64,000 nucleotides of DNA from an uncultured delta proteobacterium. GTDB lineage: Bacteria; Desulfobacterota; Desulfuromonadia; Desulfuromonadales; JACZKF01. The notes beneath the pieces are model-generated. The model was not told the origin of the DNA and ran no database searches. It saw only the letters and a list, made by a program, of their open reading frames with translations. A program made the position numbers and the translations under genes. Shown here piece after piece: positions 31,634 through 41,201 of the stretch. The stretch's first letter is position 1; the number at the start of each line of letters is the position of its first letter. Location: the NCBI GenBank assembly GCA_963816395.1, contig CAWFKQ010000006.1:68324-132323 (forward strand), read 5' to 3'.

Positions 31634-34600
31634 ATGCGGAATTCCTTCCTGAGATATGCCTTGGCCCTGCTGGCGGTGCTGCTGCTGGTTCTCGGTGCCG
31701 TCCTGCTCTATCCCGATCGCGTGCTGGAGTCGATCCGGCCATGGCTGGAGCGGGTGGCGGCTGACCGCCTGGACGCCCGCGTCGACTTCAGCCGGATCAC
31801 CGGTTCCCTCGCCGGGGGCCGGCTCAGTGTGGAAAATCTGCGGATCGAGAGGGAAGGGGAGCTGCAGATCGAGGTGCGGCGACTGGAGGGTGGCTTCACG
31901 CTGCCCGGCCTGCTCGCCGGCCGCCTGGAATCGCTGCGTCTGCTGGAACCTTCGGTAAGAATCACGGCTGCGGCGCCGGCCGCCGGTGCGCGGCCACTCC
32001 CCGCGCAGCCGCCGCTCACGGTCCGCCATCTGGAGGTCAGCGGCGGCCGATTGCAGCTGCAGGCCGCCGGCCGCATCTATCGGGCGGGAGAGATAGAGGG
32101 TGCCGGCGCCCTGGGGAAATCCGCTCCGTTTCATCTTGTCGCCCGGATAGGGGCAGGGAATGGGTTGCCCCTGGCCGCTCGCGGGGAGCTTGCCTGGGAG
32201 CGGCCGCTCACCATTACCCTGGAGGCGTTCCAATGGGGAGAGCGGGAACTGCTTGCCTCTCCCCTGACCATCACCTTCCCGGAGACCGGCGCCGCCGCCA
32301 GCGGCGCCTTCCGCCTCGACCGTTTCGACAGCGATCAACTCGCCATCGTGTCGGCCGCCTTCGGTCTGGAGCAGCCCCTGCCGGCCGGCTGGCGTTTCAC
32401 CCTGGAAAACCCGGAATTCCGTTTCCGTCTGGCGGATGGGCTGAAGACCGCATTAAAGGTGCCCGGAGGTTCGATCGAGGGCGGCGGCATCAGCTTTCCC
32501 CTGGCGCAGGTGGAGATTGGGAGCTCACCGGCCGGGATGGGGAATGGAGGGGGGAGGGAAGCTTCCGTCTGGCCGGCGCCGTCGGCCGGGCGCAGGGGCG
32601 GTTCGCCGGGGGGCGGACTGCCGGCTCCTTGCAGCTGCGGGTGACCGATCCCGTCGGACTTTCCTCCGGCGGCTGTTCGCCGGATCCTTCCTGACTCTGG
32701 CCGGGGGCATGGATCTGGCGGCGGAATTTTCCCTGGCCGGGGAGGAGGAGCACCTGCATGCCACTCTGAGCGGCCGCCAAGGCGTCCGACCGGCGGACTT
32801 CATGGCCGACCTTTCGCCCCTGAGCGCCGAGCTGGAGCTTGCCCGGCAGCGGGCAGGCTTCAGCGGCAGCGGGCGACTGCGGCTGCGGCGGCGGGAGATT
32901 GCCCGTCTCAAGGGGACGCCGGAGCGCCTGCAGATCGAACTCCTCTCCGTTGCCGGCTCCGAGCTGGCCGACCTGCTGCCGCCGGCCAGGCGCCCGGCGC
33001 TGCTTGCCGGGGCTACCGGGATTGGCGGGACGGTCACGGCTGACCGGCGATCGGGACGGCCGATGGAGCGGCCCGGTGCGGTTGCGGGCGGCATCCGTAT
33101 CCCTGCCCCGCGGCAGGCTGCAGCAACTTCAGTTGGGCGGCCGGGCCGGGTGGAGCGGGCACGGGTCTGAGTATGGCAGATGGCGACCTTCAGCGCCCGG
33201 CTGGCGGGGGAAGATATGCCGTCGGGAGAGATCTCCGCTGCCGGCGCCGGGGAATATTCCGGCCGGGGATACCGGCTGCGTCTCGACCGGCTGCGGTTGA
33301 AGGGGGTGGAGTACCTCTCTCCCGACGGCCTGAGCGGCCTGAATGGCGGGCGCCTGGAGGGACAAGGAAGCCTCACCGGACGACCAGGGGCGGGGAATGT
33401 CCGCCTGGAGCTGACGGCGGCTTTCGGCGCCGGCGAGGTCCTGCGCGGCGCCTTCTACGCCAATCTCGCCTCTCTGAGCGGTAAATTGACCCTGCTCTGC
33501 AGCGTCGATCCGGGCACCGGGCGGCTGCAGGCGCAGCGCCTGGAGATAACGGTGCCGGGAGTCGGTTCAGCGGCCCTGCACGGGAGCCTGGGGGGAAAGG
33601 CCTCGGCGGTGAAGGGGGAGCTGTCCCTGCCGGACCTGAAAACGCTGCTGGCCGGGCCACTCGGACCCGCCCTGGCCGGCGTCCATCCGGCTCTGTCGGG
33701 GCTGCAGCTGGGCGGCGGGATGAAAGCCGGTCTGGTTGCGCAGCAGGAGGACGGCGGCTGGCGCCTGGCCGGGGAATTGCGGCCGCAGGGGCTGGACCTG
33801 TCCTGGCCGGGAATCCAGCTGACCCTGCGCGGCGGCAGCGGCCGATTCCCCTTCGACCTGCGTCCCGGCACCGGGGCGGCTGCCGAATCGGGAGAGGGCA
33901 GCAAGGCAGAGCTGACCTTTCCAGGAGCTGCACCTCGGCCCGGCGGTCCTGGCCGGCCGCTCAATCTCCCTCACTGCCGCTCCCAACCGGTTCAGCATCG
34001 ACTCACCCCTGGTATTTGCCCTGGCCGGCGGCGAATTGCGCCTCCCGGAGGCAGCCGTGGCCATCGGCGCCGCCGGTCTCGAAATCACCGCTCGGCTGCG
34101 GCTGCAGGGAGTTCACCTGGGAGAGCTGACCCGCGCCCTGGGGATGACGGAGATGTCCGGCCGGCTGTCCGCCGACCTGGGACGGATCCGTTATGCCGGC
34201 GGCACCGTCACCTCAGACGGCAATCTTGGGATCAATGCCTTCGGCGGCGCCATCCTGGTGCGCAACCTGCGCCTGGAATCCCTCTTCTCCAGTTACGCCA
34301 CCTATCTCGCCGACCTCGATTTCACCGGCGTCGACCTGCACCAATTGACCCGCACCTTCGCCTTCGGCGAGATCAACGGCGTGGCCGACGGCTATATCCA
34401 CGGCCTGCGCCTGTTCGGCAAAGTCCCCTCCGCTTTCGAAGCGGTGCTGGAGACGCGCGAGCGCGGACGGCGCAACATCAGCGTCAAGGCGTTGAACAAC
34501 CTGACGGTGATCAGCCAGGGGGGGCTTTCCGGGGTACTCTCCAAGGGGCTTTACCGCTTCATCGATTTCTACCGCTATCGCAAGATCGGTATCCGCTGCG

Positions 34601-34788
34601 CATTGAAAAACGACGTCTTCACCCTGGAGGGGACCGCCCGCCCGGGCTCCGACCGCTACCTGGTCTACGGCGGCTGGCTGCCGCCCAAAATCGATATCAT
34701 CGCCCCGGCGCATGCCATTTCCTTCAAGGAGATGCTCAAACGTCTGCAGCGCATCGAGCGGACCGAGGGAGGGGCGGTAAAGGATTGA
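31634..34788 (+). CDS. YdbH-like (AsmA-superfamily) large envelope protein, several apparent frameshifts
   Basis: N-terminal TM (MRNSFLRYALALLAVLLLVLGAV). C-terminal region (ORF 34036..34788) matches the YdbH C-terminal pattern. Fragments 31634..32644, 32517..33170 and 33180..34811 join. Confidence 0.65.
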
Positions 34789-34814
34789 TTTCCGTAGGCA
34801 GGGGCGGATAGAAT

Positions 34815-34870
34815 GCAAGCCGCAAGCCGCAAGCCGCTAGCTGATAGCTGATAGCTGATAGCTGATTCCT
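34815..34870 (+). repeat. eight heptamers in perfect register between ydbH-like and the next gene
   Basis: GCAAGCC GCAAGCC GCAAGCC GCTAGCT GATAGCT GATAGCT GATAGCT GATTCCT, immediately followed by AGGAGG and ATG 34883. Confidence 0.9.
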
Positions 34871-34882
34871 AGGAGGTTCTCC

Positions 34883-35455
34883 ATGCGACAATTCACCCGT
34901 TTGCTGCCGATTCTGTCCGTTCTCACCGTGCTTTCCTGCGTCACCATCAACATTTACTTCCCAGCCGACGAGGTGCGCGGCGCCGCCGACCGCATCGTCA
35001 ACGAGGTGTGGGGTGAGCGGGCGCAGGAGAGCCCGCCGGCCAAACCCGAGAAGTCGCCCGGCAGCTCCATGCTGCAGTGGGTGCAGCCGCAATCGGCTTA
35101 CGCCGCCCAGGACATCAACGTCAGCACGCCGGAGATCCGCGCCCTGCGCGAGGCGATGAAAGCGCGCTCGGCCGCTCTCTTCCCGTATCTCGATGCGGGC
35201 AACGTCGGGATCGGTAGCGACGGGCTGCTCAAGGTGCGCAGCACCGACGGCCTCGACCTGCGGGCGCGCGGCGAAGTCTCGCGCCTGGTGCAGGCGGAGA
35301 ACGCCGACCGGCTGCGTCTGTACCGGGAGATCGCCCGCGCCAACGGCTTTCCCGAAAAATCCGACGAGGTTCGCGACATCTTCGCCCAGACCTGGCGGGA
35401 GAAGGCGGCGCCCGGCTGGTACCTGGAGAAAAACGGCGGCTGGGTGCGGAAATAA
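34883..35455 (+). CDS. YnbE-like lipoprotein fused to YdbL (DUF1318)-like domain
   Basis: Lipobox LSC followed by VTINIYFPADEV (YnbE-like). C-terminal LDAGNVGIGSDGLL...ENADRLRLYREIARANG (DUF1318-like). Confidence 0.65.
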   Translation: MRQFTRLLPILSVLTVLSCVTINIYFPADEVRGAADRIVNEVWGERAQESPPAKPEKSPGSSMLQWVQPQSAYAAQDINVSTPEIRALREAMKARSAALFPYLDAGNVGIGSDGLLKVRSTDGLDLRARGEVSRLVQAENADRLRLYREIARANGFPEKSDEVRDIFAQTWREKAAPGWYLEKNGGWVRK

Positions 35456-35486
35456 GGGTCATAAGCAATCTGCGGGAGGATGAACA

Positions 35487-36090
35487 ATGCGTTCAGTGAT
35501 AAGGGGGATGTGTACTCTCTTGGCCTTGTCAATTGTCGCGGCGGGCACTGCCGGCGCCGGCGAGATCAAGCCCTACCAGGCGCAAGGGATTGAACCGTAC
35601 CGATGCCCAGGAGATCCAACCCACTCAGGCCCAGGGCATCCAGCCCGCTCAGGCCCAGGGCATCCAGCCCTATCAGGCACCGGAGGTTCAGCCCGGCAAG
35701 GCAGGGGAAGTCGGGTCGCAGCGTTCCATGAACCGCCGGCCGAAAGAAAAAAACGAAAGGATAAAGCTGAGTTACTTTTTCCGCGTCTGGCATACCGGGG
35801 TACCGGGGGCGGTATGGCAGACGCCGAGCGAGGTGCCGGGTTACAACCGCCTGCACATCGCCCCGGCGTTGACTGCCGGCGACCTGACCATCTCACCGGA
35901 GGGGCTTTACGCCTGGAATTCCTACGGCGGCAAGACGGGGAAGTGGGTCCGGGGCAACTGCGCCTATCCGGTCGTTCTCATCGACACCGTCGAGAACAAG
36001 CGCTGGCAGGTCGGGTACGACCCCAGGCACACCGGCGGGCGGGACATCATCATCTGGGACGGATCGATCTGGTACGACGGCAGGAAATAG
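35487..36090 (+). CDS. secreted protein with six octapeptide repeats (I/V-x-P-x-x-A-x-G/E) and an uncharacterised C-terminal domain (frameshift near 35598)
   Basis: Signal peptide in ORF 35487.. joins frame 35533..36090. Has 24-nt tandem repeats at about 35566-35710, one unit being 25 nt. Confidence 0.55.
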
Positions 36091-36200
36091 GCGCTCCCGC
36101 CGCAATCCGGCGATCCTGGAGGAGCGCAATCAGGTTTCCTCTTGCCGCATGGGAAACAGATTTCCGTTCCACCCAGTGGCGGGTACCGCATCTGAGAAGT

Positions 36201-36599
36201 TCAGGAGGGGTGGTCATCCCCGCCCACCTCCCCGGTCGCAGTCTCCTTCATCTGCCGGGCCAGATTGAGAACCGTGCCGACGATAAAGGGCTTGGCCAGG
36301 ATCCGGGAGATACCCACGGCGGCCTGGCTGTCGATTTCCGGCGGCTCCCCCGCCGTGGTCAGGACGATCTGCAGGTCCGGGACGATCTCCCTGGCCCGGC
36401 TGGCCAGCTCCAGGCCATCCATCCCCGGCATCCGGTAATCGGTGACCAGCAGGCGAAAGCGTCTTTTGCCCAACTCAGCCAAGGCCTTGGCGCCGTTTTC
36501 AGAGCAATGGACTTTCAGCCCGGCCGCGGTGAAAATCCGCTCCAGCAAATCCAGCGTCACTTCGTCATCATCGACCAGTAGAATGCCCGGATCTTCCAT
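36201..36599 (-). CDS. single-domain response regulator (CheY-like receiver)
   Basis: ILLVDDDEVTLDLL...LLVTDYRMPGMDG...AKPF. AGGAGG SD before ATG 36599. Confidence 0.8.
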   Translation of the reverse strand: MEDPGILLVDDDEVTLDLLERIFTAAGLKVHCSENGAKALAELGKRRFRLLVTDYRMPGMDGLELASRAREIVPDLQIVLTTAGEPPEIDSQAAVGISRILAKPFIVGTVLNLARQMKETATGEVGGDDHPS

Positions 36600-36921
36600 C
36601 GTCCCCTCCTGTTGAGTTCCCGTCCCCAATTTCCCCGAGCGGCAGCAGCCGGTAAACCAGGGTGGCGCCGCGCCCCGCAGCCGTTTCCAGGTTGAAAAAT
36701 TCGATCAGCCCATGCTCGGCCAGAAGCCTGCCCGCGGCCCTCAGCGCCGCCTGGGAAAGGTCCTCTCCCAAAGCACTGCGCAGAGAGGAGTGAGGCACCT
36801 TTCCGTGCCCGGTTTCGCTGCAGCCGGCGAGCAGGAGCAGGTAGAGTCTGACCGCGTCGATGTCCAGGGATTTCCTCCCCGCTTTTTTCCCGAATTCCTG
36901 CAAAAGCCGGAACCTGTCCAT
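36568..36921 (-). CDS. hypothetical protein, possibly winged-helix (117 aa)
   Basis: Strong [11 protein letters not shown] and its own promoter. Overlaps the receiver gene start by 32 nt. Confidence 0.55.
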   Translation of the reverse strand: MDRFRLLQEFGKKAGRKSLDIDAVRLYLLLLAGCSETGHGKVPHSSLRSALGEDLSQAALRAAGRLLAEHGLIEFFNLETAAGRGATLVYRLLPLGEIGDGNSTGGDDGRSGHSTGR

Positions 36922-36957
36922 TTCCCCTCCTTGAGAAAATGGAAAAAATTCGTCGCA

Positions 36958-36986
36958 TAGATAAGATATATATACATCATTGTCAA
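36958..36986 (-). promoter_or_regulatory. sigma70 promoter TTGACA, 17 nt, TATCTA for the hypothetical/receiver operon
   Basis: Read on the minus strand within the AT-rich block 36940-37040. Confidence 0.5.
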
Positions 36987-37005
36987 CAATAAAAATGAAT
37001 ATATA

Positions 37006-37020
37006 TCCTATCGAATAGGA
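37006..37020. promoter_or_regulatory. inverted repeat TCCTAT-cga-ATAGGA (candidate operator)
   Basis: Perfect 6-bp arms abutting the -35 element of the XRE promoter. Confidence 0.35.
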
Positions 37021-37021
37021 A

Positions 37022-37050
37022 TTGACTTCCGGGAGAATTACCGATATACA
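37022..37050 (+). promoter_or_regulatory. sigma70 promoter TTGACT, 17 nt, TATACA for the XRE operon
   Basis: Hexamers and spacing read directly. Confidence 0.5.
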
Positions 37051-37094
37051 GGTGGCATCTTCCCCCGGAATGCCTGTTCCGCCAAGGAGTTAGC

Positions 37095-37532
37095 TTGAGA
37101 AGCGAGATCGGTCGACGATTGAAGGACCTGCGGGTGGCGAAAGGTCTCACCCAGAAGGGGTTGGCATCCCGCGTCAGCGGAGGGCTGGACTACACCTACA
37201 TCGGCAAGATCGAAAGGGGAGAGCAACTGCCTTCCCTGAAAATCCTGCTCGGAATCAGCCAGGCTCTCGGCGTGCCTGTCGGTCACTTCTTCCGGGAGGA
37301 GGCGGCGGCCGCCGGTGAAATTCTGCCCGCCGACCTGCGTGCTCTGCTGGTGCAGGAGAAAGGGCGCGAGCTGATTCAGGCCCTGCGGCTGCTGCATCCG
37401 GCCGATCTGCCGCTGATCACCGAAATCGCCCAGGTGCTCAACCGCCACCGGGCCGGCGCCCGGGATCCCAGGCGGACCCCAGGCGACCTGCTGCGGGCTG
37501 CCGAGGAAGAGCCCCCGTACGAAAAGAGCTGA
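37095..37532 (+). CDS. XRE-family HTH transcriptional regulator
   Basis: LKDLRVAKGLTQKGLASRV...YIGKIERGEQLPSLKILLGISQALGV. TTG start. Confidence 0.8.
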   Translation: MRSEIGRRLKDLRVAKGLTQKGLASRVSGGLDYTYIGKIERGEQLPSLKILLGISQALGVPVGHFFREEAAAAGEILPADLRALLVQEKGRELIQALRLLHPADLPLITEIAQVLNRHRAGARDPRRTPGDLLRAAEEEPPYEKS

Positions 37533-37553
37533 TCCCCACCTGCGAAAACGGGC

Positions 37554-38180
37554 ATGGCAGAAGGGCTTTCAATTCCAGCAGCTATTCCCCCGGCAAGCAA
37601 CGACATGAGTTTTCCCGAGTTTCTCTTGCGTCTGCCCGAATGGATCGAGGAGGAAATCCCCGATCCGAACCGCCCCTATCCGGACCTCGATCAACGCATG
37701 GAACTGGCGATCCGACTGGCTCGGCGCAACATCCGGGAAGGCGCGGGCGGTCCGTTCGGCGCGGCCGTTTTCGAAATTTCCGCCGGCCGGCTGATCTCTC
37801 CGGGGGTCAACCTGGTCATCCCGGCCTCCTGCTCGGTGGCGCACGCCGAGATCGTCGCCATCATTCTCGCTCAGCAGCGGCTCGGCACCTTTTCTCTCCG
37901 CGGCGAAGGCGGCATCCGCTACCAACTGGTGAGCTCCACCGAGCCATGCGCCATGTGCCTGGGCGCCGTGCCCTGGTCGGGGGTCAGCAGCCTGGTCTGC
38001 GGGGCCCGCGACGAGGATGCCCGGAGTGTCGGCTTCACGGAGGGCGACAAACCTTTGCTGTGGGAAGGGTATCTCGCATCCCGGGGCATCGAAGTGATCC
38101 GCGATATCCGGCGCGATGAAGCCACGGCGGTGCTGCGAAATTATGCCGAAAGCGGAGGCTTTATCTACAACGGCAGATGA
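37554..38180 (+). CDS. CMP/dCMP-type zinc deaminase (nucleoside/guanine/tRNA-adenosine deaminase family)
   Basis: HAEIVAI and PCAMCLGAV zinc-binding motifs. The start could instead be ATG 37605. Confidence 0.75.
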   Translation: MAEGLSIPAAIPPASNDMSFPEFLLRLPEWIEEEIPDPNRPYPDLDQRMELAIRLARRNIREGAGGPFGAAVFEISAGRLISPGVNLVIPASCSVAHAEIVAIILAQQRLGTFSLRGEGGIRYQLVSSTEPCAMCLGAVPWSGVSSLVCGARDEDARSVGFTEGDKPLLWEGYLASRGIEVIRDIRRDEATAVLRNYAESGGFIYNGR

Positions 38181-39571
38181 GCAGGAAGCGACTGAAAACT
38201 ATTTTTATGCCGGCTCTTGTGGCCCTCCTGCTGCTGACGGCAGGTTGTCTGCCCGACCTGGCGCACCGGGAGCCTTCGGATCTGAAACGGATGCCGCAGG
38301 AGCCGCTGGCCTACCTCGATCCGGCCACCGCCCGGCAGCCGCTCCTGGCGCTCGAGCAGCAGCAGGCAAGGGCCGCCGAATTTCTGGAGCGGTTCTTTCT
38401 TGCCTGGCACACCGAGGCGCCGCTGGAGAGCACCCGCCATCCCTTCTGGGCCATCGACTGGCTCGGCGAAAATACGGCGTTCGGTGAAAACCTCCGCCCG
38501 GTGGGACCCGCGCGGCTCCAGGAGCTGATCCGTCTGGCTGGCCGGGAACTCTACCCGAGCCTTAATCGACGGGCCATTACCGTGCGCCGTTGCGACCTGC
38601 GGGCGCTGCCCACCAATCGCCCATTCTTTAACGACCCCCACGAGGCGGGAGAGGGTTTCCCGTTTGACCTCCTGCAGCATGCCGCCCTGGCTGCCAATAC
38701 CCCGGTGCATGTGACGCACCAGAGCGCGGACGGCACCTGGGTCTTCGTCGAAACTTCCCTGGCCTACGGCTGGATCCCGGTGACGGACCTTGCCTGGGTG
38801 GATGATACATTTGTCCGGGCCTTCCAATCCGGCCACTACCTGGCCCTCACCCGCGATCAGGTGCCGGTTGACGATACGGGGGGAATTTACCGTTTCCGCG
38901 CCGGAATCGGGACGCTCCTCCCTGTGCGCGGCACTGCGGCCGGGGGATACCAGGTTCTGCTCGCCGTTGCGGACAAGGACCGACAGGCGCTCCTGACCGA
39001 GGGGACGATCCCCTTCGAGCGCGGGGAGATCTTTCCCCTGCCTTTGACCCGCCGGCGCCTCGCGGACCTGGCGGAGCGCATGGTGGGCCAGCCTTACGGT
39101 TGGGGCGAGAGTTTTGCCGACCGGGACTGCTCGGCCACGATACGTGATCTGTTCGCTCCCTTCGGCCTCTGGCTGCCGCGCAATTCTTCCCAACAGGCCC
39201 GCGTCGGGTTGGTGATCCCCCTCTCCGACCTGAGTCCCCGCCAGCGGGAGCAGCGTCTGCTCGCGGAGGGGATCCCGTTTTTGACGCTGGTACGGCTCCC
39301 CGGTCACATCATGCTTTACCTGGGAGAGCACGAGGGACGTGCCGCGGTGCTGCACACCCTATGGGGACTGCGCACCCGAACTCCCTGGGGCCGGGAAGGG
39401 CGCTGGATCGTCGGCAAGACAGTGATTACCACCTTGGAACCCGGTCTGGAGCGGACCGGTCTCCTGGTCAGGATCGGCAATCTGCGCGATCGTATTGAAA
39501 GCATGAATATCCTGGCTGTTTCGAACAATGCTGTGGATCATGACCATGAAGATCATGCAGCAAATCATTGA
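38177..39571 (+). CDS. NlpC/P60 (C40) peptidase lipoprotein with SH3-like domains
   Basis: Lipobox LLTAGC. C-terminal DCSATIRDLF...GHIMLYLG catalytic Cys/His pattern. ATGA overlap with the deaminase stop. Confidence 0.8.
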   Translation: MSRKRLKTIFMPALVALLLLTAGCLPDLAHREPSDLKRMPQEPLAYLDPATARQPLLALEQQQARAAEFLERFFLAWHTEAPLESTRHPFWAIDWLGENTAFGENLRPVGPARLQELIRLAGRELYPSLNRRAITVRRCDLRALPTNRPFFNDPHEAGEGFPFDLLQHAALAANTPVHVTHQSADGTWVFVETSLAYGWIPVTDLAWVDDTFVRAFQSGHYLALTRDQVPVDDTGGIYRFRAGIGTLLPVRGTAAGGYQVLLAVADKDRQALLTEGTIPFERGEIFPLPLTRRRLADLAERMVGQPYGWGESFADRDCSATIRDLFAPFGLWLPRNSSQQARVGLVIPLSDLSPRQREQRLLAEGIPFLTLVRLPGHIMLYLGEHEGRAAVLHTLWGLRTRTPWGREGRWIVGKTVITTLEPGLERTGLLVRIGNLRDRIESMNILAVSNNAVDHDHEDHAANH

Positions 39572-39696
39572 TATTCAACGTTCCGGGCTACCCTCTCCAT
39601 TTTCTCACCACCGACCGCACAGCCGACGGTCACGCCCTCGGTTTCATAGTCGACCAAGCGATCCTAAAGATCGGGGAATAAAAGGGGGAATAAAAG

Positions 39697-39745
39697 GGTC
39701 AAGCTTGACAAAAGGAATAAAAGGGGTCAAGCTTGACAAAAGGAG
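39697..39745 (+). repeat. two direct copies of the palindrome-containing repeat GGTCAAGCTTGACAAAAGGA (left flank of the Y1 transposase)
   Basis: Copies at 39697-39716 and 39725-39744, embedded in GGAATAAAAGGG reiterations. Confidence 0.85.
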
Positions 39746-39766
39746 ATTTCATCCTATTCTTGTCCC

Positions 39767-40723
39767 ATGCCACGTAAACCTCGACTTCATTACCCCGGAG
39801 CCGTTTACCACGTAATTCTTCGCGGCAATAGCGGGCAGGATATATTCTTCGATGCGGGCGACCGCACACGTTTTTTCCTGCTGCTGCAGGAAAGCGTTGA
39901 ACGTTTCGGGCACCGTGTCCATGCCTTTTGCCTGATGACGACACACCTCCATCTGGCAATCCAGGTGGGGGATATCCCCCTCTCCCGCATCATGCAGAAC
40001 ATCGGATTTCGTTATACGCAGTTCATCAACAGGAAATATCGGCGAACCGGCCATCTATTTCAAGGGAGGTACAAACCGCTACTGATCGATGCCGACACCT
40101 ACCTGTTGGAGTTGATCCGCTACATCCACCTTAACCCTGTCAGGGCCGGAATGGTATCTCAGCCGGAAGAGTATCCCTGGTCCAGCCATTGCAGCTACTT
40201 AGGGGCTGCCCCCAGGCCGCCATGGTTGACTTTTGAATGGGCGCTGGCACAGTTCGCAGAACAGAAAGGCCTGGCTGCCGAGCGATTCAAGACGTTTGTA
40301 GATGGCGGGATGGGAGAGGGACACAGGAAGGATTTCCACCGGGGCTCCTTCGAAGGTCGTGCCCTCGGGAATGATACATTTATCGATCAGGCATTACTAA
40401 AGGCCGAAGAAAATAAACGTGCCGGCATCACCCTGCCTCAGGTCATTGAAGCTGTCTGCTCGACATATCAACTGAGTACTGCGGAATTGTGCGCTCCGGG
40501 AAAAGCGCAGCCGGCCGCTGAGGCAAGAGCTGTCACCGCCTTCTTTGTAAGGAATGCCGAGTCTCTACTCCTGCGCGATCTGGCGAGTTTTCTAAACAGG
40601 GATCTTTCAGGCCTAAGCCAGGCAGCACTTCGGATCAGGCGGCGATCTGGCGAGGATGATCAATTGCGGATTACACTGGAGAGGGTATCTGAAAAGGTAA
40701 GAATCTCCTTTTGTCAAGCTTGA
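39767..40723 (+). CDS. IS200/RayT-like Y1 (HUH) transposase with a DnaA-C-like HTH tail
   Basis: AVYHVILRGN, CLMTTHLHLAI (HUH), RTGHLFQGRYK and YIHLNPVRAG. C-terminal 90 aa resemble DnaA domain IV. Confidence 0.8.
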   Translation: MPRKPRLHYPGAVYHVILRGNSGQDIFFDAGDRTRFFLLLQESVERFGHRVHAFCLMTTHLHLAIQVGDIPLSRIMQNIGFRYTQFINRKYRRTGHLFQGRYKPLLIDADTYLLELIRYIHLNPVRAGMVSQPEEYPWSSHCSYLGAAPRPPWLTFEWALAQFAEQKGLAAERFKTFVDGGMGEGHRKDFHRGSFEGRALGNDTFIDQALLKAEENKRAGITLPQVIEAVCSTYQLSTAELCAPGKAQPAAEARAVTAFFVRNAESLLLRDLASFLNRDLSGLSQAALRIRRRSGEDDQLRITLERVSEKVRISFCQA

Positions 40724-40725
40724 CC
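40705..40725 (+). repeat. inverted copy of the flank repeat (CTCCTTTTGTCAAGCTTGACC), right flank, interrupted by the intron
   Basis: Reverse complement of 39725-39745. Overlaps the last codons and stop of the transposase gene. The match continues at 42638-42642. Confidence 0.85.
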
Positions 40726-41201
40726 GTACGCAGTAACAGTTGAATATCTAACGGGTTTAAGTCCCGTCCGAGGAGTTGTCCGTTCGCCTCGGTAGCTCAA
40801 GGGAGCGGCGCTCTGGCAACAGGGGGTCGTAAGTTCCCAATTGGCAAAGCAACAGGCCGTAACGCAAGTGAACCTAGACGTAGCCTCGTAATTGTGATGA
40901 AGATGCCGACCCTGTGGTCAGAAGGGGAAGGCCGTCGTTACAGACTCTGAAAACGGAAACAGTCTGTGTAATCTTCCGGGGTAGCAGGGGCGGCATGTTG
41001 TGGAAGATATTTCAGCCCAGTGCTGGAGACCCGTTGCGGCGATGTTGAGGAACATCAACCGGCGCGTATAAGGCAACGAAATCGCGTTGGGCCGTATCGG
41101 GAGTCGGAGGGGTCCATAGTACCGTTTGAGGAGCTGGGACAACATAACCCGCTTCGAGGGAAGGGACCCTGCTTTGTTCACGCAACCGAAGTGCAGAGGA
41201 G

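Noticed and set aside
34815-34870. Tandem repeat arrays as a possible CRISPR or mini-CRISPR
   Set aside because: Units are 7 nt with no unique spacers, arrays are under 100 nt, and there are no cas genes. The structure is microsatellite-like or REP-like, not CRISPR.
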